From positions 72,540,001 through 72,604,000 of the forward strand of contig OZ024747.1 of NCBI GenBank assembly GCA_964016885.1: a stretch of 64,000 bases of DNA, read 5' to 3'. Origin of the DNA: Eledone cirrhosa. Taxonomy: Eukaryota. The translations under genes were made by a program, and so were the position numbers. The notes beneath the pieces were generated by a model. It worked only from the letters and a program-made list of their open reading frames with translations, did no database searches and was not told the DNA's origin. Positions 29,701 to 44,400 of this stretch are shown one piece after another; position 1 is the first letter of the stretch; each line of letters begins with the position of its first letter.

Positions 29701-32700
29701 AAGAGACGACAATGTAGAGACATTCAAAAGAGACGACAATGTAGAACATTCAAAAGAGACGACAATGTAGAGACATTCAAAAGAGACGACAATGTAGAGA
29801 CACATTCAAAAGAGACGACAATGTAGAGACATTCAAAAGAGACGACAATGTAGAGACACATTCAAAAGAGACGACAATGTAGAGACATTCAAAAGAGACG
29901 ACAATATAGAGACACATTCAAAAGAGACGACAATATAGAGACATTCAAAAGAGACGACAATGTAGAGACACATTCAAAAGAGACGACAATATAGAGACAT
30001 TCAAAAGAGACGACAATATAGAGACATTCGAAAGAGACGACAATGTAGAGACACATTCAAATGAGACGACAATATAGAGACATTCAAAAGAGACGACAAT
30101 ATAGAGACATTCAAAAGAGACGACAATGTAGAGACACATTCAAAAGAGACGACGATGTAGAGACATTCAAAAAAGACGACAATGTAAAGACACATTCAAA
30201 AGAGACGACAATGTAGAGACACATTGAAAAGAGACGACAATGTAGAAACATTCAAAAGAGACGACAATGTAGAGACACATTCAAAAGAGACGACAATATA
30301 GAGACGTTCAAAAGAGACGACAATATAGAGACATTCAAAAGAGACGACAATGTAGAGACATTCAAAAGAGACGACAATGTAGAAACACATTCAAAAGAGA
30401 AGACAATGTAGAGACATTCAAAAGAGACGACAATGTAGAGACACATTCAAAAGAGACCACAATGTAGAGACATTCAAAAGAGACGACAATATAGAGACAC
30501 ATTCAAAAGAGACGGCAATGTAGAAACATTCAAAAGAGACGACAATGTAGAGACATTCAAAAGAGACGACAATGTAGAGACATTCAAAAGAGACGACAAT
30601 GTAGAAACACATTCAAAAGAGACGACAATGTAGAGACACATTCGAAAGAGACGACAATGTAGAGACATTCAAAAGAGACGACAATGTAGAGACATTCAAA
30701 AGAGACGACAATGTAGAGACATTCAAAAGAGACGACAATGTAGAAACATTCAAAAGAGACGACAATGTAGAGACACATTCAAAAGAGACGACAATATAGA
30801 GACATTCAAAAGATACGACGATGTAGAGACACATTCAAAAGAGACGACAATGTAGAGACATTCAAAAGAGACGACAATGTAGAGACATTCAAAAGAGACG
30901 ACAATGTAGAGACACATTCAAAAGAGACGACAATGTAGAGACGTTCAATAGAGACGACAATATAGAGACACATTCAAAAGAGACGACAATGTAGAGACAT
31001 TCAAAAGAGACGACAATATAGAGACACATTCAAAAGAGACGACAATGTAGAGACATTCAAAAGAGACGACAATGTAGAGACATTCAAAAGAGACGACAAT
31101 GTAGAAACACATTCAAAAGAGACGACAATGTAGAGACACATTCAAAAGAGACGACAATGTAGAGACATTCAAAAGAGACGACAATGTAGAGACATTCAAA
31201 AGAGACGACAATGTAGAGACATTCAAAAGAGACGACAATGTAGAAACATTCAAAAGAGACGACAATGTAGAGACACATTCAAAAGAGACGACAATATAGA
31301 GACATTCAAAAGAGACGACGATGTAAAGACACATACAAAAGAGACGACAATGTAGAGACATTCAAAAGAGACGACAATGTAGAGACATTCAAAAGAGACG
31401 ACAATGTAGGGACACATTCAAAAGAGACGACAATGTAGAGACATTCAAAAGAGACGACAATGTAGAGACACATTCAAAAGAGACGACAATGTAGAGACAC
31501 GTTCAAAAGAGACGACAATGTAGAGACACATTCAAAAGAGACGACAATGTAGAAACATTCAAAAGAGACGACAATGTAGAGACACATTCAAAAGAGACGA
31601 CAATATAGAGACATTCAAAAGAGACGACAATATAGAGACATTCAAAAGAGACGACAATGTAGAAACACATTCAAAAGAGACGACAATGTAGAGACATTCA
31701 AAAGAGACGACAATGTAGAGACACATTCAAAAGAGACGACAATGTACAGACACATTCAAAAGAGATGACAATGTAGAGACACATTCAAAAGAGACGACAA
31801 TGTAGAGACATTCAAAAGAGACGACAATGTAGAGACACATTCAAAAGAGACGACAATGTAGAGACATTCAAAAGAGACGACAATGTAGAGACACATTCAA
31901 AAGAGACGACAATATAGAGACATTCAAAAGAGACGACAATATAGAGACATTCAAAAGAGACGACAATGTAGAGACACATTCAAAAGAGACGACGATGTAG
32001 AGACATTCAAAAGAGACGACAATGTAGAGACACATTCAAAAGAGACGACAATATAGAGACATTCAAAAGAGACGACAATGTAGAAACACATTCAAAAGAG
32101 ACGTCAATGTAGAGACACATTCAAAAGAGACGACAATGTAGAGACACATTCAAAAGAGACGACAATGTAGAAACATTCAAAAGAGACGACAATGTAGAGA
32201 CACATTCAAAAGAGACGACAATGTAGAGACATTCAAAAGAGACGACAATATAGAGACATTCAAAAGAGACGACAATGTAGAAACACATTCAAAAGAGACG
32301 ACAATGTAGAGACACATTCAAAAGAGACGACAATGTAGAGACACATTCAAAAGAGACGACAATATAGTGACATTCAAAAGAGACGACAATGTAGAGACAC
32401 ATTCAAAAGAGACGACAATGTAGAGACATTCAAAAGAGACGACAATGTAGAGACATTCAAAGGAGACGACAATGTAGAGACATTCAAAAGAGACGACAAT
32501 GTAGAGACATTCAAAAGAGACGACAATATAGAGACACATTCAAAAGAGACGACAATGTAGAGACATTCAAAAGAGACGACAATGTAGAGACACATTAAAA
32601 ATAGACGACAATGTAGAGACATTCAAAAGAGACGACAATGTAGAGACACATTCAAAAGAGACGACAATGTAGAGACATTCAAAAGAGACGACAATGTAGA

Positions 32701-35700
32701 GACACATTCAAAAGAGACGACAATATAGAGACATTCAAAAGAGACGACAATGTAGAGACACATTCAAAAGAGACGACAATGTAGAGACATTCAAAAGAGA
32801 CGACAATGTAGAGACACATTCAAAAGAGACGACAATGTAGAGACACATTCAAAAGAGACGACAATATAGAGACATTTAAAAGAGACGACAATGTAGAGAC
32901 ATTCAAAAGAGACGACAATGTAGAGACACATTCAAAAGAGAAGACAATGTAGAGACATTCAAAAGAGACGACAATGTAGAGACATTCAAAAGAGACGACA
33001 ATGTAGAGACATTCAAAAGAGACGACAATGTAGAGACACATTCAAAAGAGACGACAATGTAGAGACATTCAAAAGAGACGACAATGTAGAGACATTCAAA
33101 AGAGACGACAATGTAGAGACATTCAAAAGAGACGACAATGTAGAGACACATTCAAAAGAGACGACAATATAGAGACATTCAAAAGAGACGACGATGTAGA
33201 GACACATTCAAAAGAGACGACAATGTAGAGACATTCAAAAGAGACGACAATGTAGAGACATTCAAAAGAGACGACAATGTAGAGACACATTCAAAAGAGA
33301 CGACAATGTAGAGACATTCAAAAGAGACGACAGTATAGAGACACATTCAAAAGAGACGACAATGTAGAGACATTCAAAAGAGACGACAATATAGAGACAC
33401 ATTCAAAAGAGACGACAATGTAGAGACATTCAAAAGAGACGACAATGTAGAGACATTCAAAAGAGACGACAATGTAGAAACACATTCAAAAGAGACGACA
33501 ATGTAGAGACACATTCAAAAGAGACGACAATGTAGAGACATTCAAAAGAGACGACAATGTAGAGACATTCAAAAGAGACGACAATGTAGAGACATTCAAA
33601 AGAGACGACAATGTAGAAACATTAAAAAAGACGACAATGTAGAGACACATTCAAAAGAGACGACAATATAGAGACATTCAAAAGAGACGACAATGTAGAG
33701 ACACATTCAAAAGAGACGACAATGTAGAGACATTCAAAAGAGACGACAATGTAGAGACATTCAAAAGAGACGACAATGTAGAGACACATTCAAAAGAGAC
33801 GACAATGTAGAGACATTCAAAAGAGACGACAATGTAGAGACACATTCAAAAGAGACGACAATGTAGAGACATTCAAAAGAGACGACAATGTAGAGACATT
33901 CAAAAGAGACGACAATATAGAGACACATTAAAAAGAGACGACAATGTAGAGACATTCAAAAGAGACGACAATATAGAGACACATTCAAAAGAGACGACAA
34001 TGTAGAGACATTCAAAAGAGACGACAATGTAGAGACACTCAAAAGAGACGACAATGTAGAAACACATTCAAAAGAGAGGACAATGTAGAGACACATTCAA
34101 AAGAGACGACAATGTAGAGACATTCAAAAGAGACGACAATGTAGAGACATTCAAAAGAGACGGCAATGTAGAGACATTCAAAAGAGACGACAATGTAGAG
34201 ACACATTCAAAAGAGACGAAAATATAGAGACATTCAAAAGAGACGACGATGTAGAGACACATTCAAAAGAGACGACAATGTAGAGACATTCAAAAGAGAC
34301 GACAATGTAGAACATTCAAAAGAGACGACAATGTAGAGACATTCAAAAGAGACGACAATGTAGAGACACATTCAAAAGAGACGACAATGTAGAGACATTC
34401 AAAAGAGACGACAATGTAGAGACACATTCAAAAGAGACGACAATGTAGAGACATTCAAAAGAGACGACAATATAGAGACACATTCAAAAGAGACGACAAT
34501 ATAGAGACATTCAAAAGAGACGACAATGTAGAGACACATTCAAAAGAGACGACAATATAGAGACATTCAAAAGAGACGACAATATAGAGACATTCGAAAG
34601 AGACGACAATGTAGAGACACATTCAAATGAGACGACAATATAGAGACATTCAAAAGAGACGACAATATAGAGACATTCAAAAGAGACGACAATGTAGAGA
34701 CACATTCAAAAGAGACGACGATGTAGAGACATTCAAAAAAGACGACAATGTAAAGACACATTCAAAAGAGACGACAATGTAGAGACACATTGAAAAGAGA
34801 CGACAATGTAGAAACATTCAAAAGAGACGACAATGTAGAGACACATTCAAAAGAGACGACAATATAGAGACGTTCAAAAGAGACGACAATATAGAGACAT
34901 TCAAAAGAGACGACAATGTAGAGACATTCAAAAGAGACGACAATGTAGAAACACATTCAAAAGAGAAGACAATGTAGAGACATTCAAAAGAGACGACAAT
35001 GTAGAGACACATTCAAAAGAGACCACAATGTAGAGACATTCAAAAGAGACGACAATATAGAGACACATTCAAAAGAGACGGCAATGTAGAAACATTCAAA
35101 AGAGACGACAATGTAGAGACATTCAAAAGAGACGACAATGTAGAGACATTCAAAAGAGACGACAATGTAGAAACACATTCAAAAGAGACGACAATGTAGA
35201 GACACATTCGAAAGAGACGACAATGTAGAGACATTCAAAAGAGACGACAATGTAGAGACATTCAAAAGAGACGACAATGTAGAGACATTCAAAAGAGACG
35301 ACAATGTAGAAACATTCAAAAGAGACGACAATGTAGAGACACATTCAAAAGAGACGACAATATAGAGACATTCAAAAGATACGACGATGTAGAGACACAT
35401 TCAAAAGAGACGACAATGTAGAGACATTCAAAAGAGACGACAATGTAGAGACATTCAAAAGAGACGACAATGTAGAGACACATTCAAAAGAGACGACAAT
35501 GTAGAGACGTTCAATAGAGACGACAATATAGAGACACATTCAAAAGAGACGACAATGTAGAGACATTCAAAAGAGACGACAATATAGAGACACATTCAAA
35601 AGAGACGACAATGTAGAGACATTCAAAAGAGACGACAATGTAGAGACATTCAAAAGAGACGACAATGTAGAAACACATTCAAAAGAGACGACAATGTAGA

Positions 35701-38470
35701 GACACATTCAAAAGAGACGACAATGTAGAGACATTCAAAAGAGACGACAATGTAGAGACATTCAAAAGAGACGACAATGTAGAGACATTCAAAAGAGACG
35801 ACAATGTAGAAACATTCAAAAGAGACGACAATGTAGAGACACATTCAAAAGAGACGACAATATAGAGACATTCAAAAGAGACGACGATGTAAAGACACAT
35901 ACAAAAGAGACGACAATGTAGAGACATTCAAAAGAGACGACAATGTAGAGACATTCAAAAGAGACGACAATGTAGGGACACATTCAAAAGAGACGACAAT
36001 GTAGAGACATTCAAAAGAGACGACAATGTAGAGACACATTCAAAAGAGACGACAATGTAGAGACACGTTCAAAAGAGACGACAATGTAGAGACACATTCA
36101 AAAGAGACGACAATGTAGAAACATTCAAAAGAGACGACAATGTAGAGACACATTCAAAAGAGACGACAATATAGAGACATTCAAAAGAGACGACAATATA
36201 GAGACATTCAAAAGAGACGACAATGTAGAAACACATTCAAAAGAGACGACAATGTAGAGACATTCAAAAGAGACGACAATGTAGAGACACATTCAAAAGA
36301 GACGACAATGTACAGACACATTCAAAAGAGATGACAATGTAGAGACACATTCAAAAGAGACGACAATGTAGAGACATTCAAAAGAGACGACAATGTAGAG
36401 ACACATTCAAAAGAGACGACAATGTAGAGACATTCAAAAGAGACGACAATGTAGAGACACATTCAAAAGAGACGACAATATAGAGACATTCAAAAGAGAC
36501 GACAATATAGAGACATTCAAAAGAGACGACAATGTAGAGACACATTCAAAAGAGACGACGATGTAGAGACATTCAAAAGAGACGACAATGTAGAGACACA
36601 TTCAAAAGAGACGACAATATAGAGACATTCAAAAGAGACGACAATGTAGAAACACATTCAAAAGAGACGTCAATGTAGAGACACATTCAAAAGAGACGAC
36701 AATGTAGAGACACATTCAAAAGAGACGACAATGTAGAAACATTCAAAAGAGACGACAATGTAGAGACACATTCAAAAGAGACGACAATGTAGAGACATTC
36801 AAAAGAGACGACAATATAGAGACATTCAAAAGAGACGACAATGTAGAAACACATTCAAAAGAGACGACAATGTAGAGACACATTCAAAAGAGACGACAAT
36901 GTAGAGACACATTCAAAAGAGACGACAATATAGTGACATTCAAAAGAGACGACAATGTAGAGACACATTCAAAAGAGACGACAATGTAGAGACATTCAAA
37001 AGAGACGACAATGTAGAGACATTCAAAGGAGACGACAATGTAGAGACATTCAAAAGAGACGACAATGTAGAGACATTCAAAAGAGACGACAATATAGAGA
37101 CACATTCAAAAGAGACGACAATGTAGAGACATTCAAAAGAGACGACAATGTAGAGACACATTAAAAATAGACGACAATGTAGAGACATTCAAAAGAGACG
37201 ACAATGTAGAGACACATTCAAAAGAGACGACAATGTAGAGACATTCAAAAGAGACGACAATGTAGAGACACATTCAAAAGAGACGACAATATAGAGACAT
37301 TCAAAAGAGACGACAATGTAGAGACACATTCAAAAGAGACGACAATGTAGAGACATTCAAAAGAGACGACAATGTAGAGACACATTCAAAAGAGACGACA
37401 ATGTAGAGACACATTCAAAAGAGACGACAATATAGAGACATTTAAAAGAGACGACAATGTAGAGACATTCAAAAGAGACGACAATGTAGAGACACATTCA
37501 AAAGAGAAGACAATGTAGAGACATTCAAAAGAGACGACAATGTAGAGACATTCAAAAGAGACGACAATGTAGAGACATTCAAAAGAGACGACAATGTAGA
37601 GACACATTCAAAAGAGACGACAATGTAGAGACATTCAAAAGAGACGACAATGTAGAGACATTCAAAAGAGACGACAATGTAGAGACATTCAAAAGAGACG
37701 ACAATGTAGAGACACATTCAAAAGAGACGACAATATAGAGACATTCAAAAGAGACGACGATGTAGAGACACATTCAAAAGAGACGACAATGTAGAGACAT
37801 TCAAAAGAGACGACAATGTAGAGACATTCAAAAGAGACGACAATGTAGAGACACATTCAAAAGAGACGACAATGTAGAGACATTCAAAAGAGACGACAGT
37901 ATAGAGACACATTCAAAAGAGACGACAATGTAGAGACATTCAAAAGAGACGACAATATAGAGACACATTCAAAAGAGACGACAATGTAGAGACATTCAAA
38001 AGAGACGACAATGTAGAGACATTCAAAAGAGACGACAATGTAGAAACACATTCAAAAGAGACGACAATGTAGAGACACATTCAAAAGAGACGACAATGTA
38101 GAGACATTCAAAAGAGACGACAATGTAGAGACATTCAAAAGAGACGACAATGTAGAGACATTCAAAAGAGACGACAATGTAGAAACATTAAAAAAGACGA
38201 CAATGTAGAGACACATTCAAAAGAGACGACAATATAGAGACATTCAAAAGAGACGACAATGTAGAGACACATTCAAAAGAGACGACAATGTAGAGACATT
38301 CAAAAGAGACGACAATGTAGAGACATTCAAAAGAGACGACAATGTAGAGACACATTCAAAAGAGACGACAATGTAGAGACATTCAAAAGAGACGACAATG
38401 TAGAGACACATTCAAAAGAGACGACAATGTAGAGACATTCAAAAGAGACGACAATGTAGAGACATTCAAA
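29310..38470. repeat. Near-perfect tandem duplication, unit 4566 bp
   Basis: The 1-bp-deleted monomer GTAGAACATT at 29741/34307, TTCAAATGAGAC at 30056/34622 and CAGTATAG at 33331/37897 are all +4566. ORF entries 29502-33013 recur at +4566. Confidence 0.92.
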
Positions 38471-41400
38471 AGAGACGACAATATAGAGACACATTCAAAA
38501 GAGACGACAATGTAGAGACATTCAAAAGAGACGACAATGTAGAGACACATTCAAAAGAGACGACAATATAGAGACATTCAAAAGAGACGACAATATAGAG
38601 ACATTCAAAAGAGACGACAATGTAGAGACACATTCAAAAGAGACGACGATATAGAGACATTCAAAAGAGACGACAATTTAGAGACACATTCAAAAGAGAC
38701 GACAATGTAGAGACACATTCAAAAGAGACGACAATGTAGAAACATTCAAAAGAGACGACAATGTAGAGACACATTCAAAAGAGACGACAATATAGACACA
38801 TTCAAAAGAGACGACAATATAGAGACATTCAAAAGAGACGACAATGTAGAGACATTCAAAAGAGACGACAATGTAGAAACATTCAAAAGAGACGACAATG
38901 TAGAGACACATTCAAAGAGACGACAATGTAGAGACATTCAAAAGAGACGACAATGTAGAGACACATTCAAAAGAGACGACAATGTAGAGACACATTCAAA
39001 AGAGACGACAATGTAGAGAAACATTCAAAAGTGACGACAATGTGGAGACATTCAAAAGAGACGACAATGTAGAGACACCTTCAAAAGAGACGACAATGTA
39101 GAGACATTCAAAAGAGACGACAATGTAGAAACATTCAAAAGAGACGACAATGTAGAGACATTCAAAAGAGACGACAATGTAGAGACATTCAAAAGAGACG
39201 ACAATGTAGAGACACATTCAAAAGAGACGACAATGTAGAGACATTCAAAAGAGACGACAATGTAGAGACACATTCAAAAGAGACGACAATATAGAGACAT
39301 TCAAAAGAGACGACAATGTAGAGACACATTCAAAAGAGACGACAATGTAGAGACACATTCAAAAGAGACGACAATGTAGAAACATTCAAAAGAGACGACA
39401 ATGTAGAGACACATTCAAAAGAGACGACAATATAGAGACATTCAAAAGAGACGACAATATAGAGACATTCAAAAGAGACGACAATGTAGAGACATTCAAA
39501 AGAGACGACAATGTAGAGACACATTCAAAAGAGAAGACAATGTAGAGACATTCAAAAGAGACGACAATGTAGAGACACATTCAAAAGAGACGACAATGTA
39601 GAGACATTCAAAAGAGACGACAATATAGAGACACATTCAAAAGAGACGACAATGTAGAGACATTCAAAAGAGACGACAATGTAGAGACATTCAAAAGAGA
39701 CGACAATGTAGAGACACATTCAAAAGAGACGACAATGTAGAGACATTCAAAAGAGACGACAATGTAGAGACACATTCAAAAGAGACGACAATATAGAGAC
39801 ATTCAAAAGAGACGACAATATAGAGACATTCAAAAGTGACGACAATGTAGAGACACATTCAAAAAGACGACGATGTAGAGACATTCAAAAGAGACGACAA
39901 TGTAGAGACACATTCAAAAGAGACGACAATATAGAGACATTCAAAAGAGACGACAATGTAGAAACACATTCAAAAGAGACGTCAATGTAGAGACACATTC
40001 AAAAGAGACGACAATGTAGAGACACATTCAAAAGAGACGACAATGTAGAAACATTCAAAAGAGACGACAATGTAGAGACACATTCAAAAGAGACGACAAT
40101 ATAGAAACATTCAAAAGAGACGACAATATAGAGACATTCAAAAGAGACGACAATGTAGAAACACATTCAAAAGAGACGACAATGTAGAGACACACTCAAA
40201 AGAGACGACAATGTAGAGACACATTCAAAAGAGACGACAATATAGAGACATTCAAAAGAGACGACAATGTAGAGACACATTCAAAAGAGACGACAATGTA
40301 GAGACATTCAAAAGAGACGACAATGTAGAGACATTCAAAGGAGACGACAATGTAGAGACATTCAAAAGAGACGACAATGTAGAGACATTCAAAAGAGACG
40401 ACAATATAGAGACACATTCAAAAGAGACGACAATGTAGAGACATTCAAAAGAGCTGACAATGTAGAGACACATTAAAAATAGACGACAATGTAGAGACAT
40501 TCAAAAGAGACGACAATGTAGAGACACATTCAAAAGAGACGACAATGTAGAGACATTCAAAAGAGACGACAATGTAGAGACACATTCAAAAGAGACGACA
40601 ATGTAGAGACATTCAAAAGAGACGACAATGTAGAGACACATTCAAAAGAGACGACAATATAGAGACATTCAAAAGAGACGACAATGTAGAGACACATTCA
40701 AAAGAGACGACAATGTAGAGACATTCAAAAGAGACGACAATGTAGAGACACATTCAAAAGAGACGACAATGTAGAGACACATTCAAAAGAGACGACAATG
40801 TAGAAACATACAAAAGAGACGACAATGTAGAGACACATTCAAAAGAGACGACAATATAGAGACATTCAAAAGAGACGACAATATAGAGACATTCAAAAGA
40901 GACGACAATGTAGAGACATTCAAAAGAGACGACAATGTAGAGACACATTCAAAAGAGAAGACAATGTAGAGACATTCAAAAGAGACGACAATGTAGAGAC
41001 ATTCAAAAGAGACGACAATGTAGAGACATTCAAAAGAGACGACAATGTAGAGACACATTCAAAATAGACGACAATGTAGAGACATTCAAAAGAGACGACA
41101 ATGTAGAGACATTCAAAAGAGACGACAATGTAGAGACATTCAAAAGAGACGACAATGTAGAGACACATTCAAAAGAGACAACAATATAGATACATTCAAA
41201 AGAGACGACGATGTAGAGACACATTCAAAAGAGACGACAATGTAGAGACATTCAAAAGAGACGACAATGTAGAGACATTCAAAAGAGACGACAATGTAGA
41301 GACACATTCAAAAGAGACGACAATGTAGAGACATTCAAAAGAGACGACAATATAGAGACACATTCAAAAGAGACGACAATGTAGAGACATTCAAAAGAGA

Positions 41401-44400
41401 CGACAATATAGAGACACATTCAAAAGAGACGACAATGTAGAGACATTCAAAAGAGACGACAATGTAGAGACATTCAAAAGAGACGACAATGTAGAAACAC
41501 ATTCAAAAGAGACGACAATGTAGAGACACATTCAAAAGAGACGACAATGTAGAGACATTCAAAAGAGACGACAATGTAGAGACATTCAAAAGAGACGACA
41601 ATGTAGAGACATTCAAAAGAGACGACAATGTAGAAACATTCAAAAGAGACGACAATGTAGAGACACATTCAAAAGAGACGACAATATAGAGACATTCAAA
41701 AGAGACGACAATGTAGAAACATTCAAAAGAGACGACAATGTAGAGACATTCAAAAGAGACGACAATGTAGAGACATTTAAAGAGACGACAATGTAGAGAC
41801 ACATTCAAAAGAGACGACAATGTAGAGACATTCAAAAGAGACGACAATGTAGAGACACATTCAAAAGAGACGACAATGTAGAGACATTCAAAAGAGACGA
41901 CAATATAGAGACATTCAAAAGAGACGACAATGTAGAAACACATTCAAAAGAGACGTCAATGTAGAGACACATTCAAAAGAGACGACAATGTAGAGACACA
42001 TTCAAAAGAGACGACAATGTAGAAACATTCAAAAGAGACGACAATGTAGAGACACATTCAAAAGAGACGACAATGTAGAGACATTCAAAAGAGACGACAA
42101 TATAGAGACATTCAAAAGAGACGACAATGTAGAAACACATTCAAAAGAGACGACAATGTAGAGACACATTCAAAAGAGACGACAATGTAGAGACACATTC
42201 AAAAGAGACGACAATATAGTGACATTCAAAAGAGACGACAATGTAGAGACACATTCAAAAGAGACGACAATGTAGAGACATTCAAAAGAGACGACAATGT
42301 AGAGACATTCAAAGGAGACGACAATGTAGAGACATTCAAAAGAGACGACAATGTAGAGACATTCAAAAGAGACGACAATATAGAGACACATTCAAAAGAG
42401 ACGACAATGTAGAGACATTCAAAAGAGACGACAATGTAGAGACACATTAAAAATAGACGACAATGTAGAGACATTCAAAAGAGACGACAATGTAGAGACA
42501 CATTCAAAAGAGACGACAATGTAGAGACATTCAAAAGAGACGACAATGTAGAGACACATTCAAAAGAGACGACAATATAGAGACATTCAAAAGAGACGAC
42601 AATGTAGAGACACATTCAAAAGAGACGACAATGTAGAGACATTCAAAAGAGACGACAATGTAGAGACACATTCAAAAGAGACGACAATGTAGAGACACAT
42701 TCAAAAGAGACGACAATATAGAGACATTTAAAAGAGACGACAATGTAGAGACATTCAAAAGAGACGACAATGTAGAGACACATTCAAAAGAGAAGACAAT
42801 GTAGAGACATTCAAAAGAGACGACAATGTAGAGACATTCAAAAGAGACGACAATGTAGAGACATTCAAAAGAGACGACAATGTAGAGACACATTCAAAAG
42901 AGACGACAATGTAGAGACATTCAAAAGAGACGACAATGTAGAGACATTCAAAAGAGACGACAATGTAGAGACATTCAAAAGAGACGACAATGTAGAGACA
43001 CATTCAAAAGAGACGACAATATAGAGACATTCAAAAGAGACGACGATGTAGAGACACATTCAAAAGAGACGACAATGTAGAGACATTCAAAAGAGACGAC
43101 AATGTAGAGACATTCAAAAGAGACGACAATGTAGAGACACATTCAAAAGAGACGACAATGTAGAGACATTCAAAAGAGACGACAGTATAGAGACACATTC
43201 AAAAGAGACGACAATGTAGAGACATTCAAAAGAGACGACAATATAGAGACACATTCAAAAGAGACGACAATGTAGAGACATTCAAAAGAGACGACAATGT
43301 AGAGACATTCAAAAGAGACGACAATGTAGAAACACATTCAAAATAGACGACAATGTAGAGACACATTCAAAAGAGACGACAATGTAGAGACATTCAAAAG
43401 AGACGACAATGTAGAGACATTCAAAAGAGACGACAATGTAGAGACATTCAAAAGAGACGACAATGTAGAAACATTAAAAAAGACGACAATGTAGAGACAC
43501 ATTCAAAAGAGACGACAATATAGAGACATTCAAAAGAGACGACAATGTAGAGACACATTCAAAAGAGACGACAATGTAGAGACATTCAAAAGAGACGACA
43601 ATGTAGAGACATTCAAAAGAGACGACAATGTAGAGACACATTCAAAAGAGACGACAATGTAGAGACATTCAAAAGAGACGACAATGTAGAGACACATTCA
43701 AAAGAGACGACAATGTAGAGACATTCAAAAGAGACGACAATGTAGAGACATTCAAAAGAGACGACAATATAGAGACACATTCAAAAGAGACGACAATGTA
43801 GAGACATTCAAAAGAGACGACAATGTAGAGACACATTCAAAAGAGACGACAATATAGAGACATTCAAAAGAGACGACAATATAGAGACATTCAAAAGAGA
43901 CGACAATGTAGAGACACATTCAAAAGAGACGACGATATAGAGACATTCAAAAGAGACGACAATTTAGAGACACATTCAAAAGAGACGACAATGTAGAGAC
44001 ACATTCAAAAGAGACGACAATGTAGAAACATTCAAAAGAGACGACAATGTAGAGACACATTCAAAAGAGACGACAATATAGACACATTCAAAAGAGACGA
44101 CAATATAGAGACATTCAAAAGAGACGACAATGTAGAGACATTCAAAAGAGACGACAATGTAGAAACATTCAAAAGAGACGACAATGTAGAGACACATTCA
44201 AAGAGACGACAATTTAGAGACATTCAAAAGAGACGACAATGTAGAGACACATTCAAAAGAGACGACAATGTAGAGACACATTCAAAAGAGACGACAATGG
44301 AGAGACACATTCAAAAGTGACGACAATGTGGAGACATTCAAAAGAGACGACAATGTAGAGACACCTTCAAAAGAGACGACAATGTAGAGACATTCAAAAG

